A model generated the notes under the pieces. The model was not told the origin of the DNA. It worked only from the letters and a program-made list of their open reading frames with translations, and did not search any database. From Candidatus Bathyarchaeota archaeon (GTDB lineage Archaea > Thermoproteota > Bathyarchaeia > TCS64), in the NCBI GenBank assembly GCA_018396865.1, contig JAGTRB010000003.1:8575-72574 (forward strand): a DNA stretch of 64,000 nucleotides. Direction: 5' to 3'. This document shows, one piece after another, positions 36,009 through 44,968 of the stretch (its first letter is position 1; each line of letters starts with the position of its first letter). A program made the position numbers and the translations under genes.

Positions 36009-36342
36009 GGCTGATCTTAACCCTTCCCGACTTCGTATAGGAACGAACAGTTGCCTCTTTTAAACTATTCGTATTGCGGGTACCTGGGGAGATCTATGTT
36101 AGTCTCACTTTCCACCTCGATTTAAAACCAGTGTAAGTCTCAAGGGCACTCTCAACAGAATAATGAGAGGATCATGAAGCGCTCACCTCCAGGTCAAGAG
36201 GGATATTAAAGATAAGAGTTAAAATCTCTTCAAATCAAATGGATTTTAATATTTAGCTATTAGCCCTTATAAACCCCCTATGAAGAAGGCCTCTGTTGGA
36301 AAATAAATGGGGGATATTTAGTCGAGGCTTGAATATGGCTTC

Positions 36343-37362
36343 TTATCCCTCCTCGTGGATGAAGGCATAGGCGACGGGGGCTCCTGACTGAACCGCTTGG
36401 AGGCCTCCAGATGTCCCTAGGGATTGGCCGCATGGATAAGCCCAGGTGTAGCCGTCAACGGGCATTTCTATCACCTCGAGGACGTCGCCGTAGAGGTCAT
36501 AGACCTCGGCTAAGGCCTCCCCTTTCCTTATGAACTCCCCCGGCCTCTTGAAGAACCTGATAAGGCCGCCTCTACTGGCCCTGATCATCCCATAGAACCT
36601 GTTCACCCCTGAGACTATTGGGATCCCCTCTTGGGTCTCGATCTTGCCATCTATCATGTTGAAGGCTCTCATTATATTCAGAATCCCCCTAACACCAACG
36701 CTCGTTGAAGGCTCCGAGATCCATCTACCATCTATCAGCTCCTCGAGGATTACAGGGATCCCCCTCCTAGCGGCGAGGTTTCCGAGGGTTGGGGGTGAGT
36801 CCTCCCGGACCGGTTCATCTGAGTATATCGTGGTGACCCCGAAGGCCTCAGCCATCCTGATGAGCTTATCCTTTGTCTCAGGATTCCCTGTATTTATCCA
36901 CTGGTAGATGAGGGAGTCTGGCCGCGTGTTGCAGTGTATGTTGACAATGAGGTCTGACTTGCTCCAAGCCTCCCTCCACAGGGCGTATGCGAGCCTCTCC
37001 GTGGTGTTCCCATTTGGGTTGTCAGCCCTCACCCCTCCGACATCCAGGTTATCTATCCATGAGAGGTATTGGTGGTGCATGAAGGCCAAGGGATTTCCGA
37101 CTGGTATCCCTATTATAGCTCCTCTAAGCCCTTTGGGGTTAACCCTCTCCCTCATCACTCTCCTTATGACCTCTATCCCCTGTATCTCGATGCCGTGCTG
37201 GGTTGACATCAGGAGGAGCGTCGGCCCCTCCTCCAATCCGTTCATCACTAGGACCGGTATATCTATGCTGACTGTGTTAACAAGCTCTACGCCCTTTATA
37301 ACCCCCTTTTTCAGCTCCCCCTTTCTAGCCTTGACATCTCCAACCTCTATAACCTCAGGCAT
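36343..37362 (-). CDS. Succinylglutamate desuccinylase/aspartoacylase (M14-like deacylase) family protein
   Basis: 'GPTLLLMSTQHGIEIQGIEVIRRV' zinc-ligand region, 'NIHCN', C-terminal beta domain. Confidence 0.72.
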   Translation of the reverse strand: MPEVIEVGDVKARKGELKKGVIKGVELVNTVSIDIPVLVMNGLEEGPTLLLMSTQHGIEIQGIEVIRRVMRERVNPKGLRGAIIGIPVGNPLAFMHHQYLSWIDNLDVGGVRADNPNGNTTERLAYALWREAWSKSDLIVNIHCNTRPDSLIYQWINTGNPETKDKLIRMAEAFGVTTIYSDEPVREDSPPTLGNLAARRGIPVILEELIDGRWISEPSTSVGVRGILNIMRAFNMIDGKIETQEGIPIVSGVNRFYGMIRASRGGLIRFFKRPGEFIRKGEALAEVYDLYGDVLEVIEMPVDGYTWAYPCGQSLGTSGGLQAVQSGAPVAYAFIHEEG

Positions 37363-37488
37363 GGCAGATATCCTCCGAGATCGGGATTCTTGGATTAGAT
37401 ATAAGAGCCTTTGTAGAACCTAACGTCGGGCTATGGCTTTAAAGAGCTGGGCCCTCGCCTTGAAACCCTATTAAGGCTGTTAATAATC

Positions 37489-37526
37489 TATAATTTCGTG
37501 GATCAGTTATGATCCACGAAATTATA
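37489..37526. terminator. Perfect 17-bp inverted repeat with 4-nt loop (TATAATTTCGTGGATCA-GTTA-TGATCCACGAAATTATA)
   Basis: Read directly from the sequence. Lies 47 nt downstream of the purF stop (37573) and 127 nt upstream of the next co-oriented gene start (37362). The terminator versus operator role is not resolved. Confidence 0.5.
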
Positions 37527-37572
37527 TATGATGGCTTCTGCTGGCTATTTGGATGGGGATTCTTGATAATTC

Positions 37573-39021
37573 TCAATCCGGGGTTTCGTATATTCTCCCA
37601 TGCTCTCTTTCTCCTCTGGAGATGCGTTCCCTCGTCTCTTTGGCCAGTCTATTGGCGGTCGGTGTGGGATATTCCCCCGTCACGCATCCGAGGCAGAGGT
37701 CATTCATTCTCATCCCTGTCGCCTCCACGTAATCTTCAAGGGGCTGGTAGTTGACGCTGTCGGCCCCGAGCTCCTCCGCTATCTTTTCTGGGGTCAGCCT
37801 CGCTCCTATCAGCTCTTCATACGTGGCCATATCTATGCCGTAGAAGCATGGGCCTATAATCCTCGGGAAGGTTATGAATAGGTGGATCTCCTTGGCTCCT
37901 GCCTCCCTGAGGCGCTTAACAGCCGAGCGGGTTGTATCCCCCCTCACTATGCTGTCGTCGACGACGGCTATCCTTTTTCCTGCTATTTTGGGCTTGAGGA
38001 TATTCACCTTTCTATAGACGATATTCCTCCTCTCCTCAGCTCCCATTATGAAGGCCCTCTGGGTTACATATCTGTGCCTCCTCGTCGCCATCTCCCATGG
38101 GAGGCCTGACTCCTCGTGGAATCCATATGCAGCGTCGTTGGAGGTCTCGGGCAGGGAGATCACTATATCGCATCTGGAGGCGGTCTCCGAGTACCTTGAG
38201 GCTAGGTTAACCCCGAATCTCCTCCTCACCTCATAAACATACCTTTCGTCGAATATGGAGTCGGGGCGGGCGAAGTAGGCGAACTCGAAGGCGCAGAAGG
38301 CCCTCCTCCTGCAGGGGACGAGCTGCTCCCTATGGACTGAGGATCCATCCACCACGAGAAGCTCTCCGGGCTGAACCTCACCAACCCTCTCTATCCCGTT
38401 GATGTCTAGCCCTACACTCTCGGAGCTGAAAGCCTCAACGCCGTCTCCCCTACCATAGCATAGGGGCTTGAAGCCGTAAGGATCCTTGAATGCGAAGAGG
38501 GTTCCCTCATCCGTCAGGCCAGTTATAGAGAAGGCTCCCTCAGCCCTCTCCATGCACCCTTTAACCCCCTCCTCTAGTGATCCTGTCTCTCGGATCCCTT
38601 CTAGGAGGATCCTGCATATGACATGAACGTCGGATCCTCCGTTTCCAAACTCCCCTCGGAGATCCTTTAAATTGACTATATTCCCGTTGAGGGAGATGGC
38701 TACTGATTTTCCTCTCTCTGAGATGGAGATGGGCATTGCATCCCTTCTGAGAGAAGCCTCATCACACGCCCCCGAGGTGGCGTACCTGACATTCCCTATT
38801 CCAACTCCTCCTGAAAGCTCTCCAATCTCGGGTTTAGAGCTGAGGTGGGAGATCGGGGGGATGAGGCCCAGCTCCTTGAAAACCTTGATCCCCCCATCGT
38901 AGACAGCGAATCCATGGCTCTGATGACCTCTGTGGTTCTGGGCTAGAAGGCCCCAGTATAGGTAGGGGAGGGCCTCCCCCCTCTTCAAATGAACCCCGTA
39001 TACCCCGCACCCCTCCCGCAT
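37573..39021 (-). CDS. purF: Amidophosphoribosyltransferase
   Basis: N-terminal 'MREGCGVYGV' (Ntn Cys), PRTase loop 'VVDDSIVRGDT', C-terminal Cys pair 'CLGCVTGEYP'. ATG 39021 chosen inside track ORF. Confidence 0.93.
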   Translation of the reverse strand: MREGCGVYGVHLKRGEALPYLYWGLLAQNHRGHQSHGFAVYDGGIKVFKELGLIPPISHLSSKPEIGELSGGVGIGNVRYATSGACDEASLRRDAMPISISERGKSVAISLNGNIVNLKDLRGEFGNGGSDVHVICRILLEGIRETGSLEEGVKGCMERAEGAFSITGLTDEGTLFAFKDPYGFKPLCYGRGDGVEAFSSESVGLDINGIERVGEVQPGELLVVDGSSVHREQLVPCRRRAFCAFEFAYFARPDSIFDERYVYEVRRRFGVNLASRYSETASRCDIVISLPETSNDAAYGFHEESGLPWEMATRRHRYVTQRAFIMGAEERRNIVYRKVNILKPKIAGKRIAVVDDSIVRGDTTRSAVKRLREAGAKEIHLFITFPRIIGPCFYGIDMATYEELIGARLTPEKIAEELGADSVNYQPLEDYVEATGMRMNDLCLGCVTGEYPTPTANRLAKETRERISRGEREHGRIYETPD

Positions 39022-39025
39022 CCTC

Positions 39026-39973
39026 TCATCTCCCAAGGACCTCGTCCAAGCTCTTCAACTCGAATTCTTTGAGGCTTCTTCTCCCCGTTAGGACCTCATA
39101 TGAGGCGACACACCTCTTTGAGATCTCACATACCACAGGCCATGGTATCTCGGGCGGCGGCCCCTCCCCTAGGTATCCCACCCTTCGGCAGTACTCCCTC
39201 AGGAACTCCTTGTCCAGGCTATGGGCCTCCTGAGGGATCCCAGTCCTGTAGAACCTCTCATCCCAGAATCGCGCTGAGTCGTGCGTCGGTGGTTCATCTA
39301 TCTGGATGAGAAGGTCCCCTAACCTTCCATACTCGAGCTTGAAGTCGGGCAATATGATACCTTTCCTCCTAGCCTCAGCCCTGTAAAACTCATATAGCCT
39401 GTATGTTGCCTCCTCCAGCTCATCCCACTCACCCTTCCCCACTAGGCCAGCCTCTAGGGCCTCACGCCTCGATATCTCCCTATCATGGCCCACCTCACTC
39501 TTCGTCGTCGGTGTTAGAATGGCCTCGGGGAGCTCCTCGCCCATGATCAGCCCATCTGGCAGTCTAACCCCGCTTATAACCCTTACACCATCCCTATACG
39601 CCCTCCAGGCCGAGCCGTAGAGGTATCCCCTGCAGATCCACTCTATATCTATCCTCTCAGCCTTCTTCACCCTCATGGTCCTATCATCTATAGACTCTAT
39701 GAAGTGGTTTGGGAAGATCCCCTTAGTCCTCTCAAACCAGTATACCGATAGGGCGTGGATGCTCCTCCCCTTGTGGGGGATGAGGGTTGGGAAGACAACA
39801 TCGAAGGCGGATATCCTATCCGTCGTCACTATAAGCAGCTCCTCTCCCTTGTCGTAGAGGTCCCTAACCTTACCCCTCCTCGTGGGCCTCTCCAACCCAA
39901 GTAACTCTGATGCCTCCAGTACCTCCACGTACCCTCCCCTGAGGGGGTCAGGCACAAGCCTCCCTCCCATCAC
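39026..39973 (-). CDS. purC: SAICAR synthetase
   Basis: 'GKVRDLYD', 'IVTTDRISAFD', 'LPDFKLEYG'. Sits immediately upstream of purF. Confidence 0.9.
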   Translation of the reverse strand: MMGGRLVPDPLRGGYVEVLEASELLGLERPTRRGKVRDLYDKGEELLIVTTDRISAFDVVFPTLIPHKGRSIHALSVYWFERTKGIFPNHFIESIDDRTMRVKKAERIDIEWICRGYLYGSAWRAYRDGVRVISGVRLPDGLIMGEELPEAILTPTTKSEVGHDREISRREALEAGLVGKGEWDELEEATYRLYEFYRAEARRKGIILPDFKLEYGRLGDLLIQIDEPPTHDSARFWDERFYRTGIPQEAHSLDKEFLREYCRRVGYLGEGPPPEIPWPVVCEISKRCVASYEVLTGRRSLKEFELKSLDEVLGR

Positions 39974-40073
39974 CGGCTCCCCCGAGAGATTAACATCCTT
40001 TAAACATCCTGTCTATATATTAACATAGGTGGTTGGGGATTCTCTCCATGGGTTGGATAGGGGTTTCTGAGTT

Positions 40074-41384
40074 ATGGTGAAGGTCATCATAGTTGGAGCA
40101 GGTCCTGCGGGTCTATTCGCCGCCCATGAACTAGCGGGCTTCTGCGATGTCACAATACTGGAGGAAAGGGATCACGTCGGTGGATCGGGTCTATACTCCG
40201 ATGGGAAACTCAACTTCCATCCGAGGATAGGTGGAGATATCACCCAATTCATATCCGAGGATGATGCTTGGATGCTTATCTCATACATCAAGCAGATCTT
40301 CTCGGGCCTTGGAGTGGAGCTTCATCCTCCAGATGAGATAGGTGTGAGGAATCTAGAGGCTAAGGCCATCAAAGCTGGGATGAGGTTCGTGAGGATAGAG
40401 CAGAGCCACATCGGCTCCGACCATCTACCCTCGGTGATCGGTAGGATGAGGTCTATGCTCGAGAAGAAGGGCGTCGAGTTTAGGTTGGGGGTTAGGGTTA
40501 GGGACTTGATACTCGACTCGGGAAGAATAAAGGGCGTTGAGACCACTGAAGGGGTGTACCCCGCAGACGCCTTCCTCCTGGCCCCTGGGCGTATAGGTTC
40601 GAACTGGCTTGTGGTCCTCATGAGGAGGCTTGGGGTGGAAATGAGCTATAATCCCCTGGATATTGGTGTGAGGGTTGAGGTCCCAAATGAGGTCTTTGAG
40701 GAGATTATACAGGGGTATAGATGCTGGGACCCAAAGTTCCATATACATACGCCGAGCTACGACGACTTCTCAAGGACTTTCTGCGTCTGTCCGAGGGGCT
40801 ACGTCTTCAAGGAAGCCTACGATGAGGAGGTCTTCGGTGTGAACGGGCACTCCATGAGGGAGAGAGAAAGCCCCAACACGAACTTCGCCCTGTTGGTGAG
40901 GATAAGCCTCACGGAGCCCCTCGAGAATACGACAGAGTATGGGCGGAGGATCGCACAGTTAGCCAATACCCTAGGCGGGAGGAGGCCCATCCTCCAGAGG
41001 CTTGGAGACCTGAGGGGGCACAGGCGCTCGACTTGGGAGAGGATCGAGAGGAGCTACGTCGAGCCCACGTTGAGGGATGTGACCCCGGGAGACATATCTA
41101 TGGCCTACCCGAGCAGGATAGTCAGAGACCTATTGGAGGCCTTGGAGATCCTGGACAGAGTGGCGCCAGGGGTGAACACGGACTCGACCCTGATCTATGC
41201 CCCCGAGATCAAGTTCTACGCCATGCGGATAGAGACAGATAATCAACTCAGGACGACCATCCCAAACCTTTACGTTGCGGGTGATGGAGCAGGAGTTTCA
41301 AGGGGCATAATTGGAGCAGCAGCTACTGGGATCATAGCTGCAAGGGGGATAAAGGCCGCTCTCTCCAAGCCTAATCGCTCCTGA
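40074..41384 (+). CDS. FAD-dependent oxidoreductase (uncharacterised COG2509-like dehydrogenase)
   Basis: Dinucleotide fold 'VIIVGAGPAGLFAAHEL' and C-terminal 'LYVAGDGAGVSRGIIGAAATG'. Confidence 0.75.
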   Translation: MVKVIIVGAGPAGLFAAHELAGFCDVTILEERDHVGGSGLYSDGKLNFHPRIGGDITQFISEDDAWMLISYIKQIFSGLGVELHPPDEIGVRNLEAKAIKAGMRFVRIEQSHIGSDHLPSVIGRMRSMLEKKGVEFRLGVRVRDLILDSGRIKGVETTEGVYPADAFLLAPGRIGSNWLVVLMRRLGVEMSYNPLDIGVRVEVPNEVFEEIIQGYRCWDPKFHIHTPSYDDFSRTFCVCPRGYVFKEAYDEEVFGVNGHSMRERESPNTNFALLVRISLTEPLENTTEYGRRIAQLANTLGGRRPILQRLGDLRGHRRSTWERIERSYVEPTLRDVTPGDISMAYPSRIVRDLLEALEILDRVAPGVNTDSTLIYAPEIKFYAMRIETDNQLRTTIPNLYVAGDGAGVSRGIIGAAATGIIAARGIKAALSKPNRS

Positions 41385-41430
41385 TGAAGGGATCATCCTT
41401 TAATCGGAGGCTCGGGAGTTTACCAGTAGC

Positions 41431-42027
41431 TTGGTCTCAGGAGGTCTCAAGGAGAGGTTTGAGAGGTGGGTCGGCCCCAAGCTCAGCATCCTCACAGCTA
41501 TAGGTGTCACCCCAAACCTCCTCACCCTGATGGGCCTGAGCCTATCAGCCGCCTCAGCATGGCTCTATTTCAACTGGAGTTCCCATAGGCTGATGCTCCT
41601 GTTCGCAGCCGTCACACTCCTCCTCTCGGGCCTCTTTGACTCCATCGACGGGGTTCTAGCCCGTATGACCGGGAGATCCTCAATTCTGGGAGGCTTCTTG
41701 GACTCCCTCTCTGATAGGTACTCCGATGCCATGGTCCTCGGAGCCATAACGGCCTCGGGGCTATGCAGCCTGTCCTGGGGTCTAGCCGCGCTGGTGGGCT
41801 CGATGATGGTCAGCTATGCTAGATCCCGAGCAGAGGCCTCGGGGGTGGATATGAGGGCTGTGGGCCTAGCTGAGAGGGCTGAGAGGATCCTAATCCTATC
41901 AACGGCCACCTTATTATCGTATTTTAATTGGGAGGCCCTAGGCTGGGGGGTGGCCCTACTCGCGCTTCTCTCGCATATAACGGTTCTTCAGAGAGTTCTC
42001 CACTTTTATAATGAGGCCAAGATTTAA
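41431..42027 (+). CDS. CDP-alcohol phosphatidyltransferase (archaetidyl-serine/inositol-phosphate synthase-like)
   Basis: Signature 'DSIDGVLARMTGRSSILGGFLDSLSDR' (D-x2-DG-x2-AR-x8-G-x3-D-x3-D) and multiple TM helices. Confidence 0.87.
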   Translation: MVSGGLKERFERWVGPKLSILTAIGVTPNLLTLMGLSLSAASAWLYFNWSSHRLMLLFAAVTLLLSGLFDSIDGVLARMTGRSSILGGFLDSLSDRYSDAMVLGAITASGLCSLSWGLAALVGSMMVSYARSRAEASGVDMRAVGLAERAERILILSTATLLSYFNWEALGWGVALLALLSHITVLQRVLHFYNEAKI

Positions 42028-42050
42028 TTTAGTAGACAAAATAGAACCTT

Positions 42051-42341
42051 TTACCTTCTATGGCTGGCTCTGCTCATCCTCTCCTCCTTCCCCCTGACCT
42101 TCACGACTCCCCGGTGGACTGCGCAGCTTATGCAAAGGTACTTGGTTGTCCTCTCCCTAGATATTTGAACGCCCTGCTGTTCCAGCTCCTTCATAAGTCT
42201 CGGATCGACTATAGAGGTCCACCTGGTGACCTTCTTGGCCTTATCTCTTGGAACGAGAGCGTTACAGTAGCTGCATTGAACCATGCTCTGCCGTCCCTTA
42301 TCTCCCTTAGACCTGCCCCTGCTGATCCTCTTCTTCGGCAT
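42051..42341 (-). CDS. rps26e: Ribosomal protein eS26
   Basis: 'MPKKRISRGRSKGDKGR..VQCSYCNALVPRDKA' and 'YLCISCAVH' zinc-ribbon pattern of S26e. Confidence 0.93.
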   Translation of the reverse strand: MPKKRISRGRSKGDKGRQSMVQCSYCNALVPRDKAKKVTRWTSIVDPRLMKELEQQGVQISRERTTKYLCISCAVHRGVVKVRGKEERMSRASHRR

Positions 42342-42502
42342 CCGATCCTCCCTTGTTAGGAGGATCTTCTATAATATAAAGCATGTCAGTTCTCCATATC
42401 TCATGGGCGTGGTCTTATGCTAGCTTCTACCTTTTTTATCCATCTCAAATAAAGGCCTGCACAGGGAGGCCCCCCTCAATAATTCGGCCCCTCCCTCACC
42501 CT

Positions 42503-43132
42503 TCAGTAGCCTTCGAGGATCTTCTCAAGCACCTCGTAGTAGATGGTGTTCGCCACCTTCATGTAGCCTGCCTGGGAGAGGTGAACCCCGTCGCTGGAGA
42601 AGGTCTCCCTGAGCCTCCCAGCATCGTCGGACGTGGCTGAGAAGAGATCTGCTATCGGTATTCGGTGAGCCCTGCAGTGGCTCCTCAATAGATCGTTGAG
42701 CCTTCTTATCCTGGGTATGAACTCATCATATCCTAGGACTGATGTGAGGGTGCAGGCTATCGGCTTTATATCACACTCCAGAGCCTTCTCATAAATCCTC
42801 CTCAGATTTGAGTAGATATCCTCTGGCTCCTCCAGGGAGAATAGGTCGTTTATGCCTCCCCAGACGATTACATAATCGGGCCTCATTGGAGCAACCTGTG
42901 AAGAGAGCCTTTGAAGCATTCTCCGGGTTGTGTCGCCTAGGACGCCGAGATTTATGAAGGAGGCCTCGATATGGTTCAATCCCTTCCTGTGCAGCTCCCT
43001 ATAGACTATTGCCTCCAGAAAAGAGGTGTAGGGGAACTCCTCTCTCCCTGGTAGATATAACCCAGGAGGCTGGAATCCAACGGTCAGGCTATCTCCCAGG
43101 GCGGCGAACTTAAGCGGGATCCTCCGGGTCAT
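42503..43132 (-). CDS. SGNH/GDSL hydrolase
   Basis: Block I 'FAALGDSLTVG', block III 'VWGGINDL', block V 'SDGVHLSQAGY'. ATG 43132 preferred over GTG 43153. Confidence 0.8.
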   Translation of the reverse strand: MTRRIPLKFAALGDSLTVGFQPPGLYLPGREEFPYTSFLEAIVYRELHRKGLNHIEASFINLGVLGDTTRRMLQRLSSQVAPMRPDYVIVWGGINDLFSLEEPEDIYSNLRRIYEKALECDIKPIACTLTSVLGYDEFIPRIRRLNDLLRSHCRAHRIPIADLFSATSDDAGRLRETFSSDGVHLSQAGYMKVANTIYYEVLEKILEGY

Positions 43133-43246
43133 GGTGATCCCGAATAGGAGCACAACAGGGTATTTGACCTTTCCCCCAAGCCTCTTAAGCCATTATAAAT
43201 TAGCATCAACGACTCGGTCTAGGCTTAATGCATTTGAATCTGATCG

Positions 43247-43876
43247 TTATGGCCTCGCCTCCGCAATATGCCTAATAAGGTCGAGGGCCGCTGCCTTTGC
43301 TCCAACCTCTGCTGTTAAGGGTGTCTCTCCAGCTCCTATTATGATGGCATCTTCCTCCTCCACCTCCAACCCTTCCATAAGCCTCATTCGGATCTCTGCA
43401 GGGACCTCCACATCCACCCCCGGCATCTGGAGGGCTCCGCCTCTGTACACGAGGGTTGTTGCTCCACTAGCGCCTGCCTTTATGGCCATGTCTCGCTGCT
43501 CCACTCCTCTTCTTATAAGTCCAGCCGCCCCTTTAACGAGGACGGCGTGGTTGTATGGGCCGACTGTTATCTCGGTCTCTGGAAGCTCCATGGACGACAT
43601 AAAGCTTCTGATCTCCATAAGTACTTGCGATCCCTTATCAGATAGGCTCATCCCCCCTCTTGAAATCTCTATCAGCCCCTCAGACTTCAGGTGCCTAACA
43701 AGGGTTCTGACCACCCCCTCCCCGAGCCCCATTAATCTCGCCAACTCCTGCCTCCCAACAGATCCAGAGGATCCCAGGATCTCTAGGGCCTTCAGGACAT
43801 GGACTTCAGTATAGGTCGGGGCTCTTCCAGCGGAGATCCTCGAGGCCACCCTCCCCAAAACCTCGAAGCCCAACAC
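43247..43876 (-). CDS. Winged-helix regulator-like protein with C-terminal DUF4443-like domain
   Basis: 'VGRQELARLMGLGEGVVRTLVRHLKSEGLIE' wHTH. The 227-aa antisense ORF 43131..43814 is S/P/T-rich and rejected. Confidence 0.62.
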   Translation of the reverse strand: MLGFEVLGRVASRISAGRAPTYTEVHVLKALEILGSSGSVGRQELARLMGLGEGVVRTLVRHLKSEGLIEISRGGMSLSDKGSQVLMEIRSFMSSMELPETEITVGPYNHAVLVKGAAGLIRRGVEQRDMAIKAGASGATTLVYRGGALQMPGVDVEVPAEIRMRLMEGLEVEEEDAIIIGAGETPLTAEVGAKAAALDLIRHIAEARP

Positions 43877-43920
43877 ATTATCACCTCAAGAGATTTCAGG
43901 TTTAATAATCATATTAGGCT

Positions 43921-44373
43921 CTAGAATGAGGTGTAGACCCAGGCGACTATAGAGCCATTATTCAGCCTCCATCTGTCGCAGGCAACTGGGCCATACATCC
44001 AATCCCCCTTTCCAGGGTCGAAGTAGTACCAGAGCCAGAAGCGGTTCGGCTCCCCCCCAACTCCGTTTATTCGAGTTACAAAAGCTCCATAATCTCCTAT
44101 TATATATTCGACCTCTGCCACCCTCCTAGTAGCGTTGAGCAGGCTTGAATCCAGCGGGATGCGAGTGTTATTATACCAAACGACGCTTCCATTCCCATAG
44201 TCTATCTTCAGATTGATGATGATCGTGAGGCTCTCAAGATCCCTGAGAAGGGCCTCATAGCTTCTCCTATAAACCTCAGCCTGATTGTAATAGTTAAAGG
44301 CGAAGAGTGAAGCTGCTAGGGTTGTGCAGAGCAGAACTCCAGCAATCGACATCCATCCGCCTTTCGAGTTCAT
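43921..44373 (-). CDS. Membrane-anchored DUF4430-like protein
   Basis: N-terminal TM 'IAGVLLCTTLAASLFAF'. C-terminal 'FWLWYYFDPGKGDWMYGPVACDRWRLNNGSIVAWVY', the pattern I associate with DUF4430. Confidence 0.6.
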   Translation of the reverse strand: MNSKGGWMSIAGVLLCTTLAASLFAFNYYNQAEVYRRSYEALLRDLESLTIIINLKIDYGNGSVVWYNNTRIPLDSSLLNATRRVAEVEYIIGDYGAFVTRINGVGGEPNRFWLWYYFDPGKGDWMYGPVACDRWRLNNGSIVAWVYTSF

Positions 44374-44377
44374 CCCC

Positions 44378-44968
44378 TTACCCCTCCATTAGGTGAGATG
44401 GATCTAAGCCCCCTAAGGGCAGGCGTCTGAGGGCTGCCAGGAGTGGGGAGGCCCCCACGAAGAAGAAGACCGTGTTCGAGAGCTCATGGATGAGGGCAAA
44501 GGGGATCCCGGCTAACAGGACCACGCTTAAAGGCGTCCCGACGACTAGGCCCGTGACGATGTTTGTGAAGAGGTCGTAGATGAAGGTGAGGATGAACCCT
44601 ATGAAGGCGAACCTGGCATCTATAAACCAAAGCCGACCTGCTTCTCCTCCAGGGAGCTTTAAACCTCTAAGGAGGCCCCCAACTATTCCATACATGCTCT
44701 CTCCAAGGGATGTGGCTAGGAGGATGGGAAATGAGAAGCCGTAGGGGTTGATGGTCCCATATACCAGCCATGTCAGGAAACCTACAAGCCCACCAACTAG
44801 AGACCCAAACCTGAAGCCCGAGCAGAAGACTACAAGATCCATGAACTTGACATTAACAAGGCCTATCATGAGATAGTTGGTTGCCACACAGGTTGCTGTC
44901 AGGATGGCGATCAGGCCGACCATTCTGGCATTGCCTTTGTGGGTCATCTGGATGGATAATCCATCCAA
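44378..44968 (-). CDS. Polytopic membrane protein, ECF-transporter S-component-like
   Basis: About 6 TM helices, ~190 aa, directly upstream of the DUF4430-like gene (4-nt spacer). No sequence motif, so the assignment rests on size, topology and neighbourhood. Confidence 0.5.
   Translation of the reverse strand: MDGLSIQMTHKGNARMVGLIAILTATCVATNYLMIGLVNVKFMDLVVFCSGFRFGSLVGGLVGFLTWLVYGTINPYGFSFPILLATSLGESMYGIVGGLLRGLKLPGGEAGRLWFIDARFAFIGFILTFIYDLFTNIVTGLVVGTPLSVVLLAGIPFALIHELSNTVFFFVGASPLLAALRRLPLGGLDPSHLMEG

Noticed and set aside
36009-36342. 334-bp non-coding spacer upstream of the EF-2 gene, scanned for sRNA or small ORFs
   Set aside because: I found only tiny ORFs of 8-11 codons and no C/D or H/ACA box arrangement or strong hairpin. 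It is most simply the EF-2 promoter/leader plus the upstream gene's terminator region.
43131-43814. 227-aa plus-strand ORF overlapping the wHTH/DUF4443-like gene
   Set aside because: The translation is S/P/T/A-rich and low in complexity. The minus-strand ORF has a recognisable winged-helix segment. Only one of the two can be real.
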